Shown here: positions 9,626 to 17,512 of the stretch, one piece after another
How positions within the stretch are numbered: the stretch's first letter is position 1
Layout of the letters: each line of letters begins with the position of its first letter
Assembly: GCA_003171035.1 (NCBI GenBank)
Contig: PMXR01000109.1
Coordinates: 29,019 to 93,018, forward strand
Source: Chloroflexota bacterium
GTDB lineage: Bacteria; Chloroflexota; Limnocylindria; Limnocylindrales; CSP1-4
Length of the DNA: 64,000 bases
Direction: 5' to 3'
Notes under the pieces: model-generated
Seen by the model: the letters and a program-made list of their open reading frames with translations, nothing else
The model's database searches: none
What the model was told of the DNA's origin: nothing
Position numbers and translations under genes: made by a program

Positions 9626-10195
9626 ATGGGAATGCGGGAGTTGCGCGCCAACCTTCGGGCAGTCGTCGAGAAGGTGGAAGCGGGCAACCCGGTCGTGTGC
9701 CTCAAGGACGGGCAGCCCCTCGCGGTCATGATCAGCCACGAAGAAGCCGAGCACTGGCGCAAGATCGAAGATGCGCTCGCGGTCCTCCATGCGCTTCGCG
9801 TGTATCCGGAAGCGTTGGCTGACCCCTCGGAGCTTGCCGATCTCGCCTCGCTCCAGCGGCCCGACCTCGCCACAATCCGAAGGCTCACGTCGGAGCCTCG
9901 GGCGATCCTCTCGCCGCTACGGACGATCGGCGTCTCCGATGCCCGGGCGGCCTTCGCAACCCTCGTTGGCGAGGTTGCTCAGGGCCGGGTCCGAACGATC
10001 GTCGCGAAAGGTCATCTCGCCGTCGCAGTCATCCCGGCGCCGGAATACGACAGACTCCGCGCCATGAACCGAGTCGTCAGTTGGTTTCGCGGTGCCGGCC
10101 TGGACCTGGCCACCGCGCCGGAACAGCAGGTCATCGACTTTGTCACCAACAACCGCGCCGGGACCGGCGCGGCGCAGCAACAGTCGGCAGGGTAA
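9626..10195 (+). CDS. tandem Phd/YefM-type antitoxin-domain protein
   Basis: Two successive Phd/YefM-like modules: MRELRANLRAVVEKVEAGNPVV...AVMISHEEAEHW and RAAFATLVGEVAQGRVRTIVAKGHLAVAVIPAPEYDRL. The ATG at 9626 was chosen over the longer ORF starting at 9509. Confidence 0.45.
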   Translation: MGMRELRANLRAVVEKVEAGNPVVCLKDGQPLAVMISHEEAEHWRKIEDALAVLHALRVYPEALADPSELADLASLQRPDLATIRRLTSEPRAILSPLRTIGVSDARAAFATLVGEVAQGRVRTIVAKGHLAVAVIPAPEYDRLRAMNRVVSWFRGAGLDLATAPEQQVIDFVTNNRAGTGAAQQQSAG

Positions 10196-10263
10196 GCGAG
10201 ACCGTGGCGGCACGGAACGAGGGGGCGCGTAGAACTTTGACCTTCTAGAAGGTTAGGCTTATA

Positions 10264-10611
10264 GTGTGGGAGATCGAAGGCACGGACCAGTTCGCTGACT
10301 GGTTCGGCCAGCTAACCAGAAGCGACAAAGTAAGAGTCGAAGCCGCGATCGAGCGGCTCGAAGAAGAGGGTCCCGGCCTCGGTCGTCCTTGGGTCGACAG
10401 CCTCGTCGGGACGAAGGTCAAAGAACTCAGACCGCGCGGCGGATATCTCCGGATCTTGTTCCGCTTCGACCCTCGGAAGACGGGAATTCTCCTGACGGCC
10501 GGGAACAAGGAAGGCCTCTGGGATCAGTGGTACAGGACCGCGATCCCGGACGCAGAGAGGTTCTACGAAGCCTACGTCGCCGAGTTGCGGAGAGAAGGAC
10601 TACTGAAATGA
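10264..10611 (+). CDS. type II toxin-antitoxin system RelE/HigB-like toxin (addiction-module killer family)
   Basis: 115 aa. Its stop overlaps the start of a downstream XRE-type HTH gene as ATGA, the arrangement typical of HigB/HigA modules with the toxin first. Confidence 0.55.
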   Translation: MWEIEGTDQFADWFGQLTRSDKVRVEAAIERLEEEGPGLGRPWVDSLVGTKVKELRPRGGYLRILFRFDPRKTGILLTAGNKEGLWDQWYRTAIPDAERFYEAYVAELRREGLLK

Positions 10612-10949
10612 CGACGAGCAAGTTCCGGACGATGCGGCAGGAGATGCTCGACGACCCTGCCTTCCGGGCCGAGGTGGCTCGAGAGAAGGCCATCATGGCC
10701 GAGATCGATCTGGCGGCCGCGCGCCAGACCAGTGGCATGACCCAGGAGGCCGTGGCGGCCGAGATGGGCAAGTCGCAGGAGAACGTCTCCCGGATCGAGC
10801 GCCAGCGCGACGTACGCGTTTCCACCCTGGCGCAGTTCATCCAGGCCCAGGGTGGTGAGCTGGAGATCAACGCCGTCTTCTCTGGCAAGCGCGTCAGCCT
10901 GATGAGGGCCGCAGGGGCGCCAGTCAAGGCAAGCCGCCAGCGCGCCTAA
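10608..10949 (+). CDS. XRE-family HTH antitoxin (HigA-like)
   Basis: 113 aa. The helix-turn-helix reads SGMTQEAVAAEMGKSQENVSRIERQRDVRVSTLAQFIQA. Translationally coupled to the upstream toxin. Confidence 0.55.
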   Translation: MTTSKFRTMRQEMLDDPAFRAEVAREKAIMAEIDLAAARQTSGMTQEAVAAEMGKSQENVSRIERQRDVRVSTLAQFIQAQGGELEINAVFSGKRVSLMRAAGAPVKASRQRA

Positions 10950-11347
10950 TTCGAGTCCGTAGCTCGGCTGAGCGACGTCCCGTGGTCCGTCAGCACCTCG
11001 TCGAGGAGGCGCTGGACGCGACGACCCCGCGTTCGCGCAGCGTCCCGAAGTCGCGAGGATGTCGTCAGGCTTCGATCGAGCGTGCTGCGTACTGCCGCGA
11101 CGACCTGGTCCGGTGCGACCCCGACTATCGGGTGTCGTTCATCTCCTAGATGATGCTTAGGAAGTCAACGACATGGCGGGGCTCCCGGAGGACGGCTGCG
11201 GAGTGGACAGGCGCCAAGGCGCCAAGTCCAAACCAAGCGGCAATCGCGCCTGAGGCGGACTGATAGGCAACCCCGCCAACTCCCGTCCGACCGGACTGGC
11301 TCGGTGCCGCTCGAACACCGACCGCGACGCCGGACGCCGGACGTCGG

Positions 11348-11959
11348 TCAGGTAAACCCGATCCAATAGAGAAAGCCGAAGACGGCGGCGTCGGCCAGCA
11401 CGCATCCAACGATGATCCCAGTCGCTAGGACTCCACGAAGCCGCGGTCTCGAGGCAACTCGGTTCAACAAACGCAGCGAAGCAAAACCGATCACCCAGAT
11501 CGAGACTCCCCAGATGACCAGCATGAACCCCGAGCGCAGCGACTTCTGAGCCGCCCCTATCAGCGCTCGGAGGGCGCCGAGCCCGAAGATCGCGGCCATC
11601 CACCCCTGGATGATTCGCCGAGACATTTGGATTGGATCGAGCGGACTCCGATATAGGGCGCTGGAAAGCCGCGCATCAGTGGTTCGACCGGCTACCGCAG
11701 CAAGCGGGCTGCTGTCCCACAAGGAAGTGCCGTCGACGAAAACGTCGCACCTTACCGAGTCGCCGAAGTCGCGTGACTCGGCGTAGATGACGACCTGTCT
11801 CCCATCGATCGCCATCGGCGCGGTCAGGATCGATGGCTGCTTTCGGCCGGGCTTGGCAAACGTCGCGGCTCGCTTGCCGTCGACGGACAGATGCATGGGT
11901 CCCCGACCAAACCGCCCGCAGTCGAGCTTGAGGATGTGCAGACCCGTGGTGCCCGTCAT
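11348..11959 (-). CDS. hypothetical membrane-anchored protein
   Basis: The C-terminal 90 aa contain two to three hydrophobic helices. The upstream part of the 336-aa ORF is Arg/Pro-rich and probably non-coding, so an internal Met start was chosen. Weak call. Confidence 0.25.
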   Translation of the reverse strand: MTGTTGLHILKLDCGRFGRGPMHLSVDGKRAATFAKPGRKQPSILTAPMAIDGRQVVIYAESRDFGDSVRCDVFVDGTSLWDSSPLAAVAGRTTDARLSSALYRSPLDPIQMSRRIIQGWMAAIFGLGALRALIGAAQKSLRSGFMLVIWGVSIWVIGFASLRLLNRVASRPRLRGVLATGIIVGCVLADAAVFGFLYWIGFT

Positions 11960-12263
11960 GCGCCAGATCTTCGCGGGGGTAATTGCCCCCTTCAGGCCGT
12001 AGCGAACTGGGGCCGCCACGGGCCCTGTCACAGTCTTCGTCGGTTCCACAAAAGGCAACTTGAGCCTCTTCCTGGGAGCAGAGAGTAGGGCTGAGCGTAC
12101 TCGCGGTGACTGCAGTCCGTCTCGACATTTCTCCTCCGGAGCGTGGTCCCGCGAGGCGTGACCGGCACCAATTTCCACGCACGGAAAAGTTGGTCCGCCA
12201 ACGCTCGGGAAAGAGGGATAGCGGCCCGTGCTTCTTGCCGGCGAATCTCGACGTGCCGGAACG

Positions 12264-12983
12264 CTACAGGGCCGCGAGACGGCTGAGCGCGATGATTCCG
12301 TCCGTGGCGCCCGCGATTCCGCGCCACTCCGCGTTCGCCGGATCAAGTAGCTGCTCATGAGCGCGCAGGTAGCCGCGTTCCTTGGCGGTTAACTGGGAGC
12401 GCATCTCCTCGATGTTCGAGACGAGCACCAAGAGTCTGGCGAGATCCCGCAGATGTTTCGCGAGTGAACTGCTGGAAGCGGCCCTGGCCTTGATGACCAA
12501 TGCGCCTGCCAGTGTCGGCACCGGAAGTTTGAACACGTCGCCGAGGACGTCGATCGTCACTTCGCGCCGGCGATGCAGCGCCTGCGTACCTCCGACGGTC
12601 TCGAGGGTCGTGCCTGGCGGCGAAGTGGTCAGGTCTGCCCGAGGCCCGAGGTTCTCTGGCGCGAGCACGTCCACAACGTCGTCGCCTCGGACGAAGCGGT
12701 AGCTGAGACCGTCGTTAGTCAGCTTTGCGGTGAACCCGACCGACTCCAGCCGCCGGGCGGCCTCTTGGGTTGCGCCGGTGAGCGCCCGCACGTCCATCAG
12801 CGCGTCCACGTCCCGAGTCGCGCGCCCCGTCCTGCCGCCATGCTCGCGTTCGAGAAGCGTGACCATTTGGCCGCCGATCAGGACCCACGGCAGCCCGGCG
12901 AGGAGATCGGCGATCTCGTGCGTGACTCGCCAGAGCCGCTCCTCTGCGTCGTCTCTGGGGACTATGACGATTGGGCGCTCCAT
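12264..12983 (-). CDS. nucleotidyltransferase, AbiEii/AbiGii-like toxin family (type IV TA)
   Basis: 239 aa. Contains a GG...DVD nucleotidyltransferase-like segment (LIGGQMVTLLEREHGGRTGRATRDVDAL). The start overlaps the upstream AbiEi-like gene stop as ATGA. Confidence 0.5.
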   Translation of the reverse strand: MERPIVIVPRDDAEERLWRVTHEIADLLAGLPWVLIGGQMVTLLEREHGGRTGRATRDVDALMDVRALTGATQEAARRLESVGFTAKLTNDGLSYRFVRGDDVVDVLAPENLGPRADLTTSPPGTTLETVGGTQALHRRREVTIDVLGDVFKLPVPTLAGALVIKARAASSSSLAKHLRDLARLLVLVSNIEEMRSQLTAKERGYLRAHEQLLDPANAEWRGIAGATDGIIALSRLAAL

Positions 12984-13663
12984 CAGCGCTGATACCGATC
13001 GAACAGCTGGTTCGCAGCTTCCTGTGAACGCGGGTCGGCGTCGTCGGCCAGGTCGATGGCCACGACCGAGCCGGGCGCAAATGGGCGAGCGGGCCAGCCG
13101 GGCGTGAGCGCTGGCGTCGTGCGTAGCATGAGGTTGGGCTGCTGGCCCTCGATCAGCTTGTACTTGTCGACCAGGGTGTCGAGGCGTTCTCTCGTGACGT
13201 ACGCGTCGAACTCGTCGGCCGGCAACAGATCGAGGCCAACGTCGCGCGCGGCTGAAACGCCGGTGCGCATCAAGCCCGACTCGCGCCGGATTGACGCGAG
13301 GTCCGATGGGTGGGCGCGAAACTGGCGGCGTTGGGCGCGCGTCACCAGCCGCGGGCGCAACGAGGCAAGGTCGTGGCGGGTGATGAAATTACGGAGCTTC
13401 GCGCGCGACACCGGGTCGAGCCACGGCGCATCGAGGCCGTCGAGCAGGAACAGCAGACCCCACGCCCGCTGTGGCGAGAAGCGGCGACCATCCAGGGTTC
13501 CTAGCTGTGCTCGGCGATCCACGCTCGCCGCGTCTATCAGCAGGACGCGTCCGAAGTGCCGCGCTACAAGCTCGCCGGATGCGATCAGCGTTCGTACCCG
13601 TCCGGCCGTAACGCCGAGTCGAAAGGCGGCTTCAGGGACTGACAGATCTCTTTCCTCAACCAT
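12983..13663 (-). CDS. AbiEi-like antitoxin / transcriptional regulator (winged HTH, N-terminal)
   Basis: 226 aa. N-terminal HTH-like segment (VPEAAFRLGVTAGRVRTLIASGELVA). Translationally coupled to the downstream NTase-like gene. Confidence 0.45.
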   Translation of the reverse strand: MVEERDLSVPEAAFRLGVTAGRVRTLIASGELVARHFGRVLLIDAASVDRRAQLGTLDGRRFSPQRAWGLLFLLDGLDAPWLDPVSRAKLRNFITRHDLASLRPRLVTRAQRRQFRAHPSDLASIRRESGLMRTGVSAARDVGLDLLPADEFDAYVTRERLDTLVDKYKLIEGQQPNLMLRTTPALTPGWPARPFAPGSVVAIDLADDADPRSQEAANQLFDRYQR

Positions 13664-13763
13664 GGTGATAACAGCATAGTTGAGGAAATCGTCGCGTCAA
13701 GCCGCTAAGTTCGGAGCGTCGAGATGAGCCTCTTGGCCCAAAGCCGATCGCTATCCTGACGAT

Positions 13764-14669
13764 ATGATCGGCTCGCGCGACATCGAGATCAGGCGCGCCG
13801 TGTTCGACTGGCTGACCGAGCAGCGCCAGGAACACGGTGAGGCGCTGTCGCGCGCATCGCTCGAGTCGTTCTCGTTGGGCGGCAAGCGGATCCCGCTGGT
13901 AGGGCCAGCGGGTATCTGGAAGCCCGCGGTCTGCGAGCTGCCGGTTTCGATCACGACGGTCGTGCGCGGACCGTACGACGACGCGTTCGACGAGCGGACC
14001 GGGAGGCTCTCGTACGCCTACCGAGGCACGGACCCAACTCACAAAGACAACGTCGGTCTGCGGACCGCCTGGGCGGAGCGCGTCCCCCTCGTCTATTTCC
14101 ACGCGCTCGAGCCGGGGGCATATGTCGCCTGGTACCCCACGTTCGTTGTCGGCGACGATCCGGTGGCTCTGAGGTTCTCCGTCCAGGTGGACGACATCTC
14201 CGCTGCGTACGCGGTCTCGAGCCGTCAGGTCGCCGACGGCACGGAGGAGGCGCGCCGCGAGTACGTGACTCGGACTGTGCGCCAGCGGCTCCATCAGGAA
14301 CGCTTCCGCGAACGGGTATTGCATGCCTACCAGGACCGATGCGCACTTTGCAGCCTGCGGCACCAGGAGTTGCTCGACGCGGCCCACATCACGCCGGACA
14401 GCCACCCCGAGGGCGAGCCAGTCGTGAGCAATGGCGTCGCGCTCTGCAAACTTCACCATGCCGCGTTCGACCGTCTCTTCTTCGCGGTCCGGCCGGACTA
14501 CGTGATCGAGGTCAAGCCGTCGATCCTGGCCGAGCATGACGGGCCGATGCTCGTCGTCGGCCTGCAGCAGATCCACGGCAAGCTGCTGCTCCTACCGCGG
14601 CGGCCGTCGGATCGCCCAGATCCCACAAGGCTCGAACGGCGTTACGCCGACTTCCTGCGGGCAAGCTGA
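13764..14669 (+). CDS. HNH endonuclease domain protein (restriction-like), with an uncharacterised N-terminal domain
   Basis: C-terminal HNH motif with paired Cys/His ligands: CALCSL...LDAAHI...NGVALCKLHHAAFD. 301 aa. Confidence 0.55.
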   Translation: MIGSRDIEIRRAVFDWLTEQRQEHGEALSRASLESFSLGGKRIPLVGPAGIWKPAVCELPVSITTVVRGPYDDAFDERTGRLSYAYRGTDPTHKDNVGLRTAWAERVPLVYFHALEPGAYVAWYPTFVVGDDPVALRFSVQVDDISAAYAVSSRQVADGTEEARREYVTRTVRQRLHQERFRERVLHAYQDRCALCSLRHQELLDAAHITPDSHPEGEPVVSNGVALCKLHHAAFDRLFFAVRPDYVIEVKPSILAEHDGPMLVVGLQQIHGKLLLLPRRPSDRPDPTRLERRYADFLRAS

Positions 14670-14784
14670 CCGCGCACCGATACTCTGTGCCGGATGCGGC
14701 AGTGCGGCTGGAGAACGCGCTCCGGCGATGCGACAGGTAGAAGGGGCAGTGTTCGGCGGGGTGCTCGGGCATACTTGAACTGTA

Positions 14785-16134
14785 TTGACCGTCGACGAAC
14801 AAGGAGGGCGGGTGTCGGCACCCACGCGCGAAATTGGGTTTCGGACGGGCCGAGTCCGCACCAGCGCCCGGCTTGGCGAATACGTCGAGTTCGGAGAGCC
14901 CTGGCGTCGATCGCTGCTCGTGATCGGCCTTTGGCTGGCTGGTGCGGCGCTATGCGTGGAATGGGCAACAACGACGCAATTCTCGACGGATTGCTATCGC
15001 GGCGTCTGTGGGGCGCAGGCGGCGGAGGCCAACAAGCAAGCAGTTGTTTGGATGGCGGTCGTCTGCTTCGTCGGCTCCGCCCTGTTCATCTGGCGGCGGC
15101 TGCTCCGGCACCCTGGTTTGCGCGTCGGCCAGGGCGGCTTCGAGATAAGGACCCAGGTGCTCGCCCGACACAAGTTCGTGCGATGGCAGGATGTGAGAGT
15201 TCTCTATCCGTCCAGACGTTACATGCGGATCTGGCGCGGGATGAACGTTGGCCTGGTCCACGCCGCCGTTGCCCAAGGTGCGCCGTCGTTCGTGACCGTG
15301 CGACTAAGCGGCCTGTCGGCGCCGCCGTCCGAAATCGAGGCGGAGATGGCAGAGAGGGTTAGGCAGGCGCACCCCAAACGGCCCCACCTCGTGGATAGGC
15401 GAACAGTTTCGAACGGTCAACGGACCCTCCTGGGCATCACGGTTGCCACCGGGGACGACCAGACCTACACAGACATCACATCTGCCAGGTTGATGGATCT
15501 GCTGGAGGGCCTCGGGCCGGATAGCCAATTCCTGATCCTCACCGCTCCCAGCTCCCGAGACGATCAGCATTACATTCAAGTCTGCCAGGCCGGCGCCGGA
15601 GGATGGCACGTCGAGTATCGGGACGGTGGGCCCGATAGCCATTACGGCCTCGAATGCGACGACTTGGAAAAGGTTCATCAAGTCTTGCTTGCTTGGGCCG
15701 ACGACTCGCCCGACTGGCGGACGCGGCTGCCCTGGTATCCGATGGAGATTCACGAGACGGAGGCTCTGGCGCTGCGAGCTTCCGACACGACTCCAGCCCG
15801 GACGCCCGAAGTCGGGCCCATGCCCCCGTTCGCGCCCACGACAGTCATTGCTCACACCGGGGTGGGCAGATTCTTCCCGCGCCTTCGCATTCTGATGAGC
15901 GATTCGGGCATCAAAGCGCCCACCCACCCGTTCTACGCTTGGCGAGAGATCGCCTCGATCGAAGTCGATCCGGAGCGAGGCCATTTGCTGCGACTCTGGA
16001 CGTACGTCGGAGGCAACCCTCGCGATGGGGTGAACGGGATCCCGATTTTGGTGAACCTCAACGGGTATCGAATGCGACCGCGGGATCTGGCCGCAGCCAT
16101 CAAGCGCGAGTTCGATCTCTACAGCGCCCGGTGA
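14785..16134 (+). CDS. hypothetical membrane protein (two N-terminal transmembrane helices plus a large soluble domain)
   Basis: 449 aa. Hydrophobic helices at LLVIGLWLAGAALCVEW and VVWMAVVCFVGSALFIW. Same strand as the HNH gene, 116 bp downstream. Confidence 0.4.
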   Translation: MTVDEQGGRVSAPTREIGFRTGRVRTSARLGEYVEFGEPWRRSLLVIGLWLAGAALCVEWATTTQFSTDCYRGVCGAQAAEANKQAVVWMAVVCFVGSALFIWRRLLRHPGLRVGQGGFEIRTQVLARHKFVRWQDVRVLYPSRRYMRIWRGMNVGLVHAAVAQGAPSFVTVRLSGLSAPPSEIEAEMAERVRQAHPKRPHLVDRRTVSNGQRTLLGITVATGDDQTYTDITSARLMDLLEGLGPDSQFLILTAPSSRDDQHYIQVCQAGAGGWHVEYRDGGPDSHYGLECDDLEKVHQVLLAWADDSPDWRTRLPWYPMEIHETEALALRASDTTPARTPEVGPMPPFAPTTVIAHTGVGRFFPRLRILMSDSGIKAPTHPFYAWREIASIEVDPERGHLLRLWTYVGGNPRDGVNGIPILVNLNGYRMRPRDLAAAIKREFDLYSAR

Positions 16135-16253
16135 CTCACCCTCCGGCCCTGAAGTAGCCTCGCGGCGAGTCGCTCTCTGACGAGCGTGGGTTCCGCGAAT
16201 ACGCGTCGCCGAGATGACGTGAACCCCGGATGGCGTGCCCGGTCGCAGCCGCG

Positions 16254-17189
16254 TCAATACTTGTCGCTCGGCGCGATCCTCCGATAGGCGGCGATCGCGC
16301 GGTCGGTGCCGGCGGAGGCCGCATAGCGCGCCACCATCTGGCGGCTTCGCCAGCCTGCCAGACGCAGGAGGTCGGTTTCCTGCATTCCGGCGGACAGCAG
16401 CGTGTGGGCGAACAAATGCCGGAACGCGTGGGCGCCGATACGCGGCAAGCCTGCCGCTTCGGATCGTCGTTCGAGGATGTCGCCGATGCCGTCACTACGG
16501 ACAGGACCATTGTGGCCGAGCCAGAGTTCCGGCCGAGCGGCGTCGCGGTGGGTTCGGCGTTCCCGCAAGTAGCGATCAAGCGCCTGGGCGGTTCGCGGTC
16601 CAAAGGTGATGATCCGAGGGCGGCGACCCTTACCCAACACCGTCGCCGTCTTCTCGCGCAGATCGATCGAGTCGACCGTGAGCCCCGCGATCTCACTCCG
16701 GCGGGCGCCCGAATCGAGGAGCAGACGGATGAGCGCGACATCGCGACGGTCGTTGAATAGACGGCCCTCGCAGGCGCGCAAGAGGGCGCGGACGGCGTCC
16801 TCGCCAAGCAACGGGACCGGCTCCTCCGGCACCCGGGGCGGGCGCATCCGCAGCATCGGCGACGCCTCGGTCATTTCCTCCTCGGCCAGCCAGTCGAAGA
16901 ATCGCTTGAGTGCGAGGTAGCGATTTCGGGCGGTGTTGGGCCGCCAGCGCGCGATCTGGTCGGCGATGAACGCCTCGACGTGCTCGCGTCGGATGCTCGC
17001 GGGCTCGGTGGGCATGGCCCGTTCGACGAGAAACCGGCCCAAGAGGGCGACCGCTTCCTCGTAGGTTCGAAGTGTCTTTGGGGCCAGATTCTCGGCCTCG
17101 CAGGAGAGCAGGAACGAATCTAGCTCGGCCTGGAAGGAATCGGGCAGGGGGATCGAAGGGGCGGTCGGCAAAGGGCTTTTGGTACGCAT
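16254..17189 (-). CDS. tyrosine-type site-specific recombinase/integrase (XerC/XerD-like)
   Basis: C-terminal catalytic region reads HAFRHLFAHTLLSAGMQETDLLRLAGWRSRQMVARYAASA (the R...HxxR...Y signature). It lies immediately beside the tRNA-Thr att site. Confidence 0.8.
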   Translation of the reverse strand: MRTKSPLPTAPSIPLPDSFQAELDSFLLSCEAENLAPKTLRTYEEAVALLGRFLVERAMPTEPASIRREHVEAFIADQIARWRPNTARNRYLALKRFFDWLAEEEMTEASPMLRMRPPRVPEEPVPLLGEDAVRALLRACEGRLFNDRRDVALIRLLLDSGARRSEIAGLTVDSIDLREKTATVLGKGRRPRIITFGPRTAQALDRYLRERRTHRDAARPELWLGHNGPVRSDGIGDILERRSEAAGLPRIGAHAFRHLFAHTLLSAGMQETDLLRLAGWRSRQMVARYAASAGTDRAIAAYRRIAPSDKY

Positions 17190-17321
17190 ATAGCGCCTCC
17201 ACGGCTGCTCCGGAATGCGTACCCCGAGTGCAAGTTAGCAGGTCTTCGAGCCTTGTGGCGAGCCCCGCGGCCCCGTTGCGCCCCTCGGAAGACGAGATAG
17301 CAGGTCTTCCTGAGCGTGGAT

Positions 17322-17374
17322 CGGGGGAGTGGAGCCGACACTCGGATTTGAACCGAGGACCTGCTGTTTACGAA
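17322..17374. repeat. integrase-proximal att copy; the 3' half of tRNA-Thr, identical to 3947..3999
   Basis: Exact 53-bp match to the distal copy. Confidence 0.8.
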
Positions 17375-17404
17375 ACAGCTGCTCTACCGCTGAGCTATGT
17401 CGGC
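17330..17404 (-). tRNA. tRNA-Thr (anticodon CGU)
   Basis: Manual fold of GCCGACATAGCTCAGCGGTAGAGCAGCTGTTTCGTAAACAGCAGGTCCTCGGTTCAAATCCGAGTGTCGGCTCCA. The acceptor stem has 7 of 7 pairs. D, anticodon and T stems are all paired. The anticodon loop is TTCGTAA and CCA is encoded. Confidence 0.85.
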
Positions 17405-17512
17405 GCGACCGGGATCGTATCACGCCGATCGGTGGGCCACGACCAGAACCGCTCGAAACCCGCGTGCCGCCGGCCGTCGGCGCGAAAGAATGTCAGGTCA
17501 GACGCGCTCCGC

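Larger units (their letters stand above)
3947..17404. mobile_element. tRNA-Thr-targeting integrative genomic island of about 13.4 kb (integrase-proximal att plus tRNA at 17322..17404, distal att at 3947..3999)
   Basis: Direct repeats of the tRNA 3' half bound the region. A tyrosine integrase gene lies adjacent to the intact tRNA. The cargo consists of toxin-antitoxin, nuclease and replication-relaxation genes. The region is visibly lower in GC than the flanks. Confidence 0.65.

Noticed and set aside
17072-17512. Upstream 147 codons of the 882-aa TPM ORF
   Set aside because: This segment overlaps the integrase gene, the tRNA and the att repeat. A signal peptide begins right after the ATG at 17513.
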